This document shows positions 40,485-51,900 of a DNA stretch of 64,000 nucleotides, piece by piece (position 1 is the stretch's first letter; the number at the start of each line of letters is the position of its first letter). A program made the position numbers and the translations under genes. The stretch lies in NCBI GenBank assembly GCA_963744145.1, contig CAVUSO010000001.1, positions 4,832,001 to 4,896,000 of the forward strand, in the 5' to 3' direction. The notes under the pieces are model-generated. The model searched no databases, was not told the DNA's origin, and saw nothing but the letters and a program-made list of their open reading frames with translations. Origin of the DNA: an uncultured cyanobacterium. Lineage in GTDB: Bacteria > Cyanobacteriota > Cyanobacteriia > Cyanobacteriales > CAWUOF01.

Positions 40485-41117
40485 TTAGACTTTCAGCTTA
40501 TTTTTTTGATATAATTCTACAGCAATCACATAAGGATAAAAAGGTTTTGGTCTTTTTGTTACTACTTCCCAATCAAGATTAGTAGGAGGATTTAAAAAAT
40601 TTTGATAAGCCAAAGCCATTTGTTGTGCTGCTTCAGAAAAAGACATTTTTCCAGTAGAGGTTCCCAATCCAGGACAAGCAATAATTTCGATCAATTTAGA
40701 ATTTTGTTGATTATGCTTTCTAACTGTTAATAACATCGCCCACATTGCCCAATAAACATTATCTGTATGAGCGATAGGTTGAGGTACACGCATGGTAGGA
40801 GTATGGGCAATAAAAGGATGTTTAATATGTCCAGTTTCTACTATTAAAGATGTTCCAATCGGTTGTTCTCCTAAATATTCTTCCAGTATTTGTTTTTGCA
40901 CTTTGTTAACTAAATCCTGACCGAAAAAATTAGCGATCGCTAAGTCAACCCCACCATCCATTAACCCAAAAGAGTTAGCAGCAGAAACCATACAATCAAA
41001 TTGGGACAATTTTTCAAACTTACCTTGGATAATTTCTACATTAGGCAAATGTTGGAAAGCTTTTTCCCAACATTGACATAATTCTAATTTTGGATCAACT
41101 AAAATTAATCTTTTCAT
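40485..41117 (-). CDS. Macro domain (ADP-ribose-binding/processing) protein
   Basis: VSAANSFGLMDGGVDLAI, HTPTMRVP, CPGLGTSTG; probable start ATG 41117. Confidence 0.9.
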   Translation of the reverse strand: MKRLILVDPKLELCQCWEKAFQHLPNVEIIQGKFEKLSQFDCMVSAANSFGLMDGGVDLAIANFFGQDLVNKVQKQILEEYLGEQPIGTSLIVETGHIKHPFIAHTPTMRVPQPIAHTDNVYWAMWAMLLTVRKHNQQNSKLIEIIACPGLGTSTGKMSFSEAAQQMALAYQNFLNPPTNLDWEVVTKRPKPFYPYVIAVELYQKNKLKV

Positions 41118-41190
41118 AACTAATTTTAAATACTTTTTTGTTATCATAATCGGACTGTGGGAATTCAATTTTGCCATCGAATCCACAATC

Positions 41191-41222
41191 TACAGGTAGG
41201 ATATTGATTTTTCCTACCTGTA
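41191..41222 (-). terminator. Hairpin downstream of argD
   Basis: TACAGGTAGGA ... TCCTACCTGTA, 11-bp stem. Confidence 0.5.
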
Positions 41223-41236
41223 AGATAGTACAGTTA

Positions 41237-42517
41237 CTAATCAGTTACGGTAAGCATTGCTTGATCAACTGCTTGTAAAGCCAAATCGATTTCCTGGGCA
41301 GAAACTATTAATGGTGGCACAAATCGGATCACTTTTGGACCAGCAGGTACTAATAATAAACCTTGAGCGATCGCTGCTTTAACCACATCGGCTGAAGTTA
41401 ATTTCACTTCTTCTTTAATTTCCATTCCATTCATTAAGCCCCAACCGCGTACTTCCGCGATCAGCTCTGGATATTTAGCCGCGATCGCTTTTAATCCATT
41501 TCTCAATTGTTCTCCTCTTGCTAAAACATTAGCTAGCAAGTCTTCCTGTTCAATGGTTTGACAGACAGACAAACTTACTGCACAAGCAAAAGGATTACCA
41601 CCAAAAGTGCTAGCATGATCTCCTGGTTGAAAAATAGCACAGAAAGACTTAGCCAACATTGCACCAATGGGAATTCCACCAGCTAAACCTTTAGCACTGG
41701 TGAAAATATCTGGCTCAATCCCCAAATTTTCATAACCCCAATATTTACCAGTACGTCCCATTCCGACTTGCACTTCATCCAAAATTAATAAAATACCTGT
41801 TTGATCACAGATTTCCCGAATTCTTTGAAAATAAGCTTTATCTCCGGGTCGAACTCCACCTTCTCCTTGGAGAGCTTCTAACAGAATTCCACCAACCCGA
41901 CGTTTATCTTGATTTAGTGTAGCGATCGTTGTTTCGAGTGCAGCAATATCATTGTAAGGAACATAAGCAAATCCTGGCATTAAAGGATCAAAATTTTTCT
42001 GATATTTGGGTTGACCAGTTGCTGTAATCATGGCTAGAGTACGTCCGTGAAAACTAGCATGAGCGGTTAAAATTACTGGCTCATCTATATTTAATACTGT
42101 ATGAGCATATTTACGAGCTAACTTAACTGCTCCTTCGTTTGCTTCAGCACCCGAATTACAGAAAAAAACTTGGTCAGCACAGGAATGTTCTACTAACCAT
42201 TTGGCCAGATGATATTGTTCGGGAATATAATAAAGATTAGAAACGTGATGGAGTTTTTGAATTTGATGAGTTACTGCTGCAACTAAGGTAGGGTGCGCGT
42301 GACCCAAGGTACAAGTAGCAATTCCAGCTACAAAATCTAAGTATTCTTTTCCTTCCATATCCCAGACCCGACAACCTGCACCCCGTTCGAGGGTGATCGG
42401 ATATCGTCCGTAGGTTGACATGATATAATGGTCATAATCAGTTGGGTTAAATTGATCAGATTTTGGTGATGATGCGTCAGCGATCGCTGAGGATGGAGTT
42501 AAGGTTTCTGGACTCAC
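41237..42517 (-). CDS. argD: Acetylornithine aminotransferase
   Basis: DFVAGIA, NSGAEANE, SFHGRT, QGEGG, DEVQVG, AKGLAGG, HASTFGGNP. Confidence 0.93.
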   Translation of the reverse strand: MSPETLTPSSAIADASSPKSDQFNPTDYDHYIMSTYGRYPITLERGAGCRVWDMEGKEYLDFVAGIATCTLGHAHPTLVAAVTHQIQKLHHVSNLYYIPEQYHLAKWLVEHSCADQVFFCNSGAEANEGAVKLARKYAHTVLNIDEPVILTAHASFHGRTLAMITATGQPKYQKNFDPLMPGFAYVPYNDIAALETTIATLNQDKRRVGGILLEALQGEGGVRPGDKAYFQRIREICDQTGILLILDEVQVGMGRTGKYWGYENLGIEPDIFTSAKGLAGGIPIGAMLAKSFCAIFQPGDHASTFGGNPFACAVSLSVCQTIEQEDLLANVLARGEQLRNGLKAIAAKYPELIAEVRGWGLMNGMEIKEEVKLTSADVVKAAIAQGLLLVPAGPKVIRFVPPLIVSAQEIDLALQAVDQAMLTVTD

Positions 42518-42688
42518 GATGTAGTTTCCTTTTAGGCTGAATGTTTCTAATTTTAGGTTAGCCCACTTCTAATTTGCTTAAACTTGGGAAAGTTAGAAGT
42601 TGTTGACATATATTGAGTCATAGTCCCGCTTCTATTCTTCAATTTGTAGCATAAAAGTTGCAGAAAATGAGTATAATTACTTAAAACA

Positions 42689-44953
42689 ATGCAAATGGTA
42701 AAAATTGTTACTATTCTGACGAAAATATTATTAAGATTTTGGCGGGGAATAAATTTCCAGGCATCTAGGCGATTAAAATTAATTTTGATTGTAGTTTTTT
42801 TATGTTTAACCTTGCGAACTATTCCCGAATTTGTCCCGATTCGAGCAGCAGATTTGGCTCAAGATGGACAAGCAGTTGAATTTAGCGATCGCGATGGATT
42901 ACCTTTAGGAACCTTACTTACTCGTGATCAAAACCATACCATATTTGTTCCATTAAGTCAAGTTTCACCTGATTTTATTCATGCAATTATCGCGGCTGAA
43001 GATCAAAGATTTTATCATCATGGGGCACTAGATTTATCAGCGATCGCTCGAGCAATTTTAGAAGCAATCCAAGCTAAAAAAATTATGTCTGGTGCTTCTA
43101 CTATTACTATGCAATTAGCACGTATTTTATCTCCCCATCCTAGCAATTTATTAGGCAAAATCCAAGAAATATGGCTAGCTTGGAGACTAACAGCAGGAAT
43201 GAGCAAAGATGAAATTCTTTTTGCTTATATTAATCGACTACCAATGGGTGGTAATATTTATGGAATAGAAGCAGCAGCTAGAACTTATTTTGGAATGTCC
43301 GCAGCGGAACTAAATCTAGCCCGATCAACTATCTTAGCAGCAATTCCTAATGATCCTAATTATTTTAATCCTAATTATATCTGGACTCCGCTAAAAAAAC
43401 GCCAAAAATATATCCTCGATCGCATGGTTCAGGATCAATATATTACCAAAGTTGCTGCTGAACAAGCAGAGAAAGAAACAATTTTAACCTTATCTCCCAA
43501 TCAGGGAATAATTGCTGCACCTCACTTTCTATTTTGGTTAGCAAATCAACTTCCCCAAGCACATTCAGCTCAAATTAGAACTACTATCGATCGTCCACTT
43601 CAGCAATTTATCGAAGCTCAAGTTAAGCAATTAGTGCAGAGTTTAACTCCTAATAATGTCCATCATGCTGCTGCTTTAGTAATTGATAATCATACCAGTG
43701 AAGTTTTAGCTTATGTTGGTTCTCCAGATTATTTTAATCAAACCGAAATGGGTCGGAATGATGGTGTACAAGCTTTACGTCAACCGGGATCTACTCTGAA
43801 ACCTTTTTTATATGAATTAGCTTTAGCAAATCATATTATTTATCCCCAAAGTATTCTCGCAGATATCCCCACATATTATGCAATTCCCGATGCTAAACTT
43901 TATACTCCGATCGATTATAATGAAACTTTTCAAGGTGCAGTCAGAGTCAGAATTGCCCTAGCTAATTCTCTGAATATTCCAGCGGTTAGACTGTTAGAAA
44001 AAGTCGGAGTAGAAACATTTTTAACTCGGTTACAGCAACTCGGATTTGAACACTTAAATTATCCTCCAGAATACTATGGTTTAGGTTTAACTTTGGGGAG
44101 TGGTGAAGTGAGCTTGTGGGAATTAGCTCATGCTTATTTAATTTTAGCTAAATTGGGAACTGTTACACCACTGGTAACTACTATAAATGAAAATCAACCA
44201 CAGCTAAAAATAACTCAAATTGATCCACCAACTAATTGGGCTTTAATTACAGATATTTTAAGCGATCGCTATGCTCGTTCTACAGCTTTTGGAGTTGATT
44301 CAGTATTAAGTTTACCATTTCCTACCGCAGTCAAAACTGGTACATCTTCAGATTTTCGCGATACTTGGACGGTGGGATTTACTACAGATTATACTGTTGC
44401 TACCTGGGTTGGTAATTTTAATGGTGAGCGGATGGAACAAGTCTCAGGAGTGATGGGAGCAGCACCATTATGGAATCGAATTATGTTACACTTACATGAA
44501 GATCACGAACCGGGAAAATTTCCCCCTCCTGAAGGTTTAATTAAATTACCAATTTGCGCTCAAACTGGTTTACCTCCACAAGCAGATTGTACTTCTCTTG
44601 TGCAAGAATATATTAATCCTGAAGATCAGAAAAATGTCAAGATCGAGCCGAAATTAGTAACCAGACGATCGCTAAAAATAGCTTTTCCGAAAAATGACGA
44701 TTATTTTCTTATTTATCCAAATGAATCACAAAAATTAGAATTTCAGCTATCCACAAAACCTCCCCAACCAGTAGAATGGCAATTAAATGGTAAAAAATTA
44801 GCACTCCAATCTACAAATTCTTTATTTTGGCAACTTCAACCGGGTGAATGGACATTACAAATCAAGATGGGAGATTTAATAGATCAGGTAAATTTTCAAG
44901 TCCAATTAGCTGAAAATAAACATATCCAACGAGGATTTTCTCTGGGAAATTAA
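42689..44953 (+). CDS. pbpC: Penicillin-binding protein 1C
   Basis: EDQRF, GASTITMQLAR, RQPGSTLKPF, SLN, KTGTS; C-terminal Ig-like WQLNG...PGEW segment. Confidence 0.9.
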   Translation: MQMVKIVTILTKILLRFWRGINFQASRRLKLILIVVFLCLTLRTIPEFVPIRAADLAQDGQAVEFSDRDGLPLGTLLTRDQNHTIFVPLSQVSPDFIHAIIAAEDQRFYHHGALDLSAIARAILEAIQAKKIMSGASTITMQLARILSPHPSNLLGKIQEIWLAWRLTAGMSKDEILFAYINRLPMGGNIYGIEAAARTYFGMSAAELNLARSTILAAIPNDPNYFNPNYIWTPLKKRQKYILDRMVQDQYITKVAAEQAEKETILTLSPNQGIIAAPHFLFWLANQLPQAHSAQIRTTIDRPLQQFIEAQVKQLVQSLTPNNVHHAAALVIDNHTSEVLAYVGSPDYFNQTEMGRNDGVQALRQPGSTLKPFLYELALANHIIYPQSILADIPTYYAIPDAKLYTPIDYNETFQGAVRVRIALANSLNIPAVRLLEKVGVETFLTRLQQLGFEHLNYPPEYYGLGLTLGSGEVSLWELAHAYLILAKLGTVTPLVTTINENQPQLKITQIDPPTNWALITDILSDRYARSTAFGVDSVLSLPFPTAVKTGTSSDFRDTWTVGFTTDYTVATWVGNFNGERMEQVSGVMGAAPLWNRIMLHLHEDHEPGKFPPPEGLIKLPICAQTGLPPQADCTSLVQEYINPEDQKNVKIEPKLVTRRSLKIAFPKNDDYFLIYPNESQKLEFQLSTKPPQPVEWQLNGKKLALQSTNSLFWQLQPGEWTLQIKMGDLIDQVNFQVQLAENKHIQRGFSLGN

Positions 44954-44956
44954 AAC

Positions 44957-45865
44957 ATGAAATTAATGATATTCTTGTTTCTATTGGTTAGTGTAATTAC
45001 TAGCTGTCAAGCAAATTATCCGATGCTCAAGGATACGGAAATTCCAAAAATGGCGCTTAATTCCCCGAAAGTAAGTCTGGATGACGATCGCGGTAACTTG
45101 ATCGATCAAGGACAAACAAGAACATACTATATATATACTCCTAAATCTTATCGACCTAATCATCCCTTACCTTTAGTATTAGCTTTTCATGGTTATGGTT
45201 CCCAAGGTAAAGATTTGGCAAAAAATACTGGTTTTAACGAGTTAGCAGAACAAAAAGGTTTTATTATTGTTTATCCCGATGGTATTGATAGAAGTTGGAA
45301 TTTAGGAGGAAGGTTTTTTAATCGACCTGATGATGTTGATTTTGTCAAGGGATTGATTACACATATTAGTCAGGTTCGGGCGATCGATCAACGCAAAATT
45401 TACGCAGTCGGGGTCTCAAATGGTGGGTTTTTGGTGCAAAGTTTAGCTTGTCAAATTAATAGTCCTATAGTTGCTTTTGCTTCTGTAGCTGCAACTTTGC
45501 CCGGTTATTTGCGATCGCAATGTCATCCCGAAAAACCCGTTTCTATCCTAATGATTAATGGTACAGAAGATCGGAAAGTTCCCTGGAGTGGTGGTCAACT
45601 TTCCTATGGGGAGATTGTCTCAGTTCCGGATACAATCAATGGGTGGATTGAGCATAATGCTTGTGCTAATACTTCCGGAATTAAGCAGGTGATTAATCCG
45701 CGGGTTGAGATTACTCATTATCCTCAATGTCGTCTTAATTCGGAGGTGGAATTAGTTACTTTAGTGGGAGCAGGTCATATTTGGCCCAGAGGTGGTTCTG
45801 GCCCGAATGCACTGATTAATGGTAGTCAGGAAATTTGGAATTTTTTTCAACGTCATAGTTTTTAA
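44957..45865 (+). CDS. PHB-depolymerase/LpqC-type esterase, probable lipoprotein
   Basis: ITSC lipobox-like, FHGYG, GVSNGG, GTED, GAGHIWP. Confidence 0.88.
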   Translation: MKLMIFLFLLVSVITSCQANYPMLKDTEIPKMALNSPKVSLDDDRGNLIDQGQTRTYYIYTPKSYRPNHPLPLVLAFHGYGSQGKDLAKNTGFNELAEQKGFIIVYPDGIDRSWNLGGRFFNRPDDVDFVKGLITHISQVRAIDQRKIYAVGVSNGGFLVQSLACQINSPIVAFASVAATLPGYLRSQCHPEKPVSILMINGTEDRKVPWSGGQLSYGEIVSVPDTINGWIEHNACANTSGIKQVINPRVEITHYPQCRLNSEVELVTLVGAGHIWPRGGSGPNALINGSQEIWNFFQRHSF

Positions 45866-45914
45866 GCCAAACTTGTGGTAAATATGATTAATGGCATAAC
45901 TCAGGTATTCCACT

Positions 45915-46673
45915 TTGCCAGCACCCCTACTACAACTAAAACAAGTTAATTTATCAGCTTTAGTCGGAGGGAAATTGACAGCAATACCCCTACTAAAGGA
46001 TATTTCATTTCAAGTTTTCCCAGGCGATCGCGTGGCGATCATTGGTCCATCTGGTGCCGGAAAAACTGCTCTCTTACGTTTATTAAATAAACTCAATTCT
46101 CCCCAGCAAGGATCGATTTATCTAGAAAATCAAGATTATCAGACAATTCCTGTGATCCAACTGCGTCAAATGGTAAGCTTAGTCTTACAAGAGTCTAAAC
46201 TTTTAGGGATGTCAGTCAGAGCAGCGATCGCTTATCCTTTAAAGTTGCGACGCTTATCAGAAAAAGTAATTAGCGATCGCCTTGATTTTTGGCTAGAAAA
46301 ATTGCATATTCCCTCCAAATGGTTAGAAAAAACCGAGTTAGAGCTTTCGGTCGGACAGCGTCAAATAGTAGCGATCGCGCGTGCTTTAGTGATCCAACCA
46401 AAACTTTTACTACTGGATGAACCTACTTCGGCTCTTGATGCGGGTAGAGGAGAACAAGTAATCGAAGTTTTAACTAATTTAGCCGATCAGGGTGAGACTA
46501 CGATTTTAATGGTTAACCACCAACTTGAGCTAGCGGAACAATTTTGTAATCGGATGCTCTACCTAGATAATGGGGAACTGAGAGAAGATACTCAAGCAAC
46601 CCAAGTAAATTGGGTTGCATTAAGAGAATCTTTAATCGCAGCAGAAGCAAAAGCCGCAGCTGAATGGGATTAA
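45915..46673 (+). CDS. ABC transporter ATP-binding protein
   Basis: GPSGAGKT, LSVGQRQ, LLLDEPTSALD. Confidence 0.92.
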   Translation: MPAPLLQLKQVNLSALVGGKLTAIPLLKDISFQVFPGDRVAIIGPSGAGKTALLRLLNKLNSPQQGSIYLENQDYQTIPVIQLRQMVSLVLQESKLLGMSVRAAIAYPLKLRRLSEKVISDRLDFWLEKLHIPSKWLEKTELELSVGQRQIVAIARALVIQPKLLLLDEPTSALDAGRGEQVIEVLTNLADQGETTILMVNHQLELAEQFCNRMLYLDNGELREDTQATQVNWVALRESLIAAEAKAAAEWD

Positions 46674-46680
46674 ACAGAAT

Positions 46681-47892
46681 TTAAACGCTCTTATTCGCGG
46701 GAGAATCAGCAGCAGTAAATAAACGGAAATACATAGAATTGAAAAATTCTTTGGTGGGAAACATCAAATAAGTAATCGGATTAATGGTGACAATAATGTC
46801 ACGAAAATCACGCTTGGCTAAAGCTACGATCGCCCAAGATATCCAACCAGCAGACATGACACCGTAGGGATTTAGTTGACTATGAAACGGACCGAGTACC
46901 AACTTCCGGATCACACAGGGAGCATCTAAGCGACGCAGAGTAATTAAGTCTCCTAGAGTCCGCTTAGATAATTCATACAGCGGACTAAACGCTGGATTTA
47001 CTTCTGCTTCTGAGGTATTAATCCAGAGTTCTTTAATGGCTTTATGATCCGATTTGGTAATGGTATTGAGAAATAAATCAGTTAGTTTTAAAGTCGAGAA
47101 AGTGTTCACTTCATAGGAATTTTGGATGGCTAAAGAGGAGCGATCGTGATGAACATTAACCCCATGATTGAGGATTAAAATATCAACATTTTGCAAACGG
47201 GTGATCAAGTCTGATTCATTACCTAAGTGCCAGTGCCAAACTTCTATTTCTGGATTAAACTCCGCATCAGTGCTAGTAGTTAGTGCCACCACCTTAGCAC
47301 CTTGGCTAGACAATTCCTCAATCAAAGCACGTCCCAAAGTTCCTGATGCTCCAGTAATCGCCACCACTTTACCTTTGAGGGATAGACTTGTACCCAAAAT
47401 TTTATCGATTAGGGTAAAGTAACCACAAAAATAAGCATTACCCTGATCAAAATGATGACGCCAGTGATAGGTACGATTTACTGTCCACTGGGAGGGAATT
47501 TCGAGCAGATCACCTGGTTTATGAGTTAGATCAGTTTGGAGAAGACATCCCTGAGAACGAGCTAACGCTGGAATTAAAAAGTTAAGAGCATAAAGACAAC
47601 CAATCCACATCCCATAATTTTGGGTTACGATTGCGAGTAAAGCTGTTGCTCCGAGCATGAGGATCGATTCAGGGACATCATTATACAACTGTGCTTTCTG
47701 ATACATCTCTAAGCTGGTCATCGATAAATCACGTCGATAAGCTTTGTGGTGCAAAGTATGGAAACTCTGTAAGGGTTTACAGTAATGTCCAGCTAGGTGA
47801 TATATATCTCGCACAAATTCAGCCAAGAGGATGGAAAAGAGTCCCAACGGCAATTGGATGAGTAGTTGAGTAGATAGGAAATTGAAGTCCAT
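46681..47892 (-). CDS. Bifunctional sterol-desaturase-like / short-chain dehydrogenase
   Basis: His boxes HTLHH and HWRHH; TGASGTLG; YELSK. Confidence 0.88.
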   Translation of the reverse strand: MDFNFLSTQLLIQLPLGLFSILLAEFVRDIYHLAGHYCKPLQSFHTLHHKAYRRDLSMTSLEMYQKAQLYNDVPESILMLGATALLAIVTQNYGMWIGCLYALNFLIPALARSQGCLLQTDLTHKPGDLLEIPSQWTVNRTYHWRHHFDQGNAYFCGYFTLIDKILGTSLSLKGKVVAITGASGTLGRALIEELSSQGAKVVALTTSTDAEFNPEIEVWHWHLGNESDLITRLQNVDILILNHGVNVHHDRSSLAIQNSYEVNTFSTLKLTDLFLNTITKSDHKAIKELWINTSEAEVNPAFSPLYELSKRTLGDLITLRRLDAPCVIRKLVLGPFHSQLNPYGVMSAGWISWAIVALAKRDFRDIIVTINPITYLMFPTKEFFNSMYFRLFTAADSPANKSV

Positions 47893-48351
47893 CTGGTTTA
47901 GTAGCTTTTTTTTAAAAATATCCGTAAGTTTACCGTGTTATCAAGTTTTGTAGAAGATTTCACCATTTTTTTTTATTTTTTCATTGCCATTCCAGCTTGT
48001 GACTAAAAATTTGGCAATAACTCCGAGCTGGATCAGCCAGATGGTAAAATTTCGCCCATTACCATGATCAACCTGTCCTAGTCTAACGGATCAAACTCAG
48101 ATTAAGTGCAATTTCATGGGTTATTGGTATTATTCAAATTATTAGGGAAAATAGCAATCACTCCTAATTTATGCTAAATTTAGCCGAGAAAGTCGAAGAT
48201 AACTAGTTAATAAATATTCCAATAAATGTATCAGTAAATACTTGTTAATAACCTGGGTTCAACTTACATCATTTCCATGAAAAAAAATCTCTTTGTGGTG
48301 TTCAAACCCCAGAAAGAGATTTTGATTTGTGAGAGCAATTAAAATGGCTTA

Positions 48352-48777
48352 CTAGATTTGACAGACAAGCTTATTATTGGCATTACGGACGATAGTGCCT
48401 GGTTTGCCATTAAATTTCACTAGACTATTAGTGCTGGTTCTGACCAGTTTCGGCAATTGCTTCGTAAGACAGTAGTTGATTTTGTCTGACCAAGCGTTTA
48501 GGTGAGTATTATATGATTGTTGATTCAAGGCAAATTTTTCTAAGCTTTTGCCATCCGATGAGGAATCATTATTAAATGAATCCGTGATCGGGGTGTCAGT
48601 TGTGATCGAAGAATCTTGAGCAACAGATGTATCAATTGGATATTTAAAACTCGCTGGTAAAACGGATGGGGATGGGATAGTATTTTGGTCAACCTCTATG
48701 GTATCTTGAGACCAAGCAGGCCAAGGTAGACTAATGATAACTAGGGCAAATAATCCCAAGCAGATTTTTGATTTCAT
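48352..48777 (-). CDS. Secreted hypothetical protein
   Basis: Signal peptide ending AWS; two Cys in the C-terminal part; downstream hairpin near 48284-48323. Confidence 0.65.
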   Translation of the reverse strand: MKSKICLGLFALVIISLPWPAWSQDTIEVDQNTIPSPSVLPASFKYPIDTSVAQDSSITTDTPITDSFNNDSSSDGKSLEKFALNQQSYNTHLNAWSDKINYCLTKQLPKLVRTSTNSLVKFNGKPGTIVRNANNKLVCQI

Positions 48778-48939
48778 GTAGATACTTTCTCCGTGATCTT
48801 CTGCAATTTATAGATTAGGCGTAAAGAAACAGAAAGCTATTCCTTAGCGATCGCCACCAGGGAAAGAGGATTTCGGCTCATAAAATCATCAAGCTTACGA
48901 ATCCTCTACTCAGGTTTCACATTTATGATATCAGTTAAA

Positions 48940-51900
48940 TCATAAGCTTGATCGACGGTTGATATCATCGCAAATATGCCTCTCCCTCTCGCTCGCACCA
49001 GAATCCGGGTTGTGCAAATAAGCATTCAACCAATTGCAACCCTGTTTTAGTACATGGTTTAAATCAAAGTCTAAATTCCACAAGATTATAGTATTGTCCA
49101 TACTACCAGAAGCCAAGGTTTTCCCATCAGGGCTGAAACTCACGCTCAAGACCATATCCTTATGCCCACTCAGAGTCCGGAGTTCCTGACCTGTACTTAT
49201 ATCCCAGAGTTTGATAGTCCTGTCCTGACTAGCAGAAGCCAAGGTTTTCCCATCAGGGCTGAAACTCACACTCATAACTGACGCACTATGTCCTCCAGGT
49301 AGAGGCGATGCCTGACCTGTACTTATATCCCAGAGTATAATTGTTTTGTCATCACTAGCAGAAGCCAAGGTTTTCCCATCAGGGCTGAAACTGACGCTAA
49401 AGACGACCCCATTATGCCCAGTGAGGGTCTGGAGTTCCTGTCCTGTATTTACATCCCAGAGTTTGATGGTATGGTCAAAACTACCAGAAGCCAAGGTTTT
49501 CCCGTCAGGGCTGAATCTGACGCTCGTGACTATACCCTTATGTCCAGTGAGAGTCAATCCTGGCTGTCCTGTACTTATATCCCAGAGTTTGATGGTAGTG
49601 TCCTGGCTACTAGAAGCCAAGGTTTTCCCATCAGGGCTGAAACTGACGCTCAAGACCTCACCCTTATGCCCAGTCAGAGTCGGTCCTGGCTGTCCTGTAT
49701 TTACATCCCAGAGTTTGATGGTACTGTCCTGGCTACTAGAAGCCAAGGTTTTCCCATCAGGGCTGAAACTGACGCTCAAGACCTCACCCTTATGCCCAGT
49801 CAGAGTCGGTCCTAGCTGACCTGTAGTCGCATTCCAAAGTTTGATGGTATGGTCAAAACTAGCAGAAGCCAAAATTTTCCCATCAGGACTGAAACTGACT
49901 TTACTAACCCAACCACCATGCTTAGTGAGAGTAAGGAATTGCTGATCCGCACTTAAATCCCATAATTTAATAGTCTTGTCATTACTAGCAGAAGCCAAAG
50001 TTTTCCCATCAGGGCTGAAAAAAACGCTATTAACAAGACTACTATGCCCACTAAGAGTATCGAGTTCTTGACCTGTATTGACATCCCAAAGCTTGATAGT
50101 CTTGTCCAAACTACCAGAAGCCAAGGTTTTCCCATCAGGGCTGAAATTGACAATCAAGACCGAATTACTATGTCCATTAATAGTCTTCCTGATCTGACCT
50201 GTATTGACATTCCAGAGTTTGATAGTCTTGTCATTACTACCAGAAGCCAAGGTTTTTCCATCGGGGCTGAAATTCACACTATTGACCACATCCTCATGTC
50301 CAGTGAAAGTCAGTCCTGGCTGACCTGTATTGACATCCCAAAGTTTGATGGTATGGTCAAAACTACCAGAAGCCAAGGTTTTTCCATCAGGGCTGAATCT
50401 GACGCTCATGACCCAACCACTATGTCCATTGAGAGTATTGAGTAGCTGACCTGTATTGACATCCCAGAGTTTGATGGTATGGTCAAAACTACCAGAAGCT
50501 AAGGTTTGACCATTAGGGCTGAAAACGACGCTTAAGATCCCACCATTATGTCCAGTGAGAGTACGAATTTTCTTGCCTGTATTTACATCCCAGAGGTTGA
50601 TCTTGTTGTCCATATTACCAGAAGCCAAGGTTTGACCATCAGGGCTGAATCTGATGCTCATGACCGCACTAGTATTCTCAGTGAAAAGACGGATTTGCTC
50701 ACCTGTACTGACATTCCAAAGTATAATTCTTTTGTCAAAACTACTAGAAGCCAAGATTTTACCATCGGGACTAAAAGCAAGACCACGGACTCCAAGTTTA
50801 TGCTTGACTAAGCGATTGCGTTCTTTAACATCAAAAACTGATTGTTGCAAAGCTTCTTTCACTATTGAGTCAGCTTCTGGGTCATTCGTTTTGTTTTGCT
50901 GCAATTTATTTGCAGCCTGAATTGCGGGGATTAAAGCATCAAATGTTTGTCCATTATTCAGTAGTGATAAAGCTTCTTGCCCCTGAGCTTTGATCGAATT
51001 AACGTTAGCTTCTTCCCTCTTTTGTACAGCGTAGATAGTAGCCCCAATCGCGACGATCGCCACTACTGTCATCACTCCTAGCCCCAACCGTAACCGCACC
51101 AGGCGCATTTTTTCTTCTTTAGCAGCAGCCTCAATCCCATTGCGGCTAGACTGGATAAACTTAGTTTGCAGTTCCGTGACCGCAGGTTGCTTTTTGCCTT
51201 GATGTGCTTCTTGGAACCAGTTGTCTGCGATCGCAAATTCACTCCCCCGTAGCAGTAAATCATTGCTGTTACCGTAGTTTTTCCATTCAATCGCCCGACG
51301 CAGCCATTTAGTATGATTGCGGATATATTCCCGGTCTGTGTCTAGTGTTCTGAGTAATTGATTTAGATGGGCATAAAACTCCCCTTCCTTTTGCCTAAAA
51401 TCAATCCACTGCACCTTGGCCAACTCAGGATGTAACTGGGCCGTGTTTACTTCTTGATACAAGATCGTAATAAAACGCTTGTTGAGTTTGGCTGCATATT
51501 CCACTTCATCAGCACAATAGGGAGAATTAATTGATCTTGGTGAGATAATAAATAAAAAGTTGTCAGCACTCTCAATCCCCCGATTAATTTCTTGCTGAAA
51601 ATCTGCTCCTGAAGCGATACTCTCTTGGTCAAACCAAGTTGTCTTCCCTCGCATCTGCAATTCATCATTTAACTGACGGGCTAGATCAGAATCAGCTCTG
51701 GAGTAGGAGATAAAGACATCTAGAGAAGCGGCTGGTGGTTGGTGCAAACTTTCTGTAATAAATGCTTTCTGTAAAGGAGTCGGTTGATAGTGAGTTTTCT
51801 GTTCCGCCCCTTTTAACCAGACTTCCGCATGGCGCAAATTGTAGCCCCGTAATAAAATACTCGGGTTGCGGTTCTGTCGTTCCCACTTCAGTGCTTTACT

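Noticed and set aside
49346..50920. Several plus-strand ORFs of 87-157 aa
   Set aside because: Antisense shadows of the WD40 repeats
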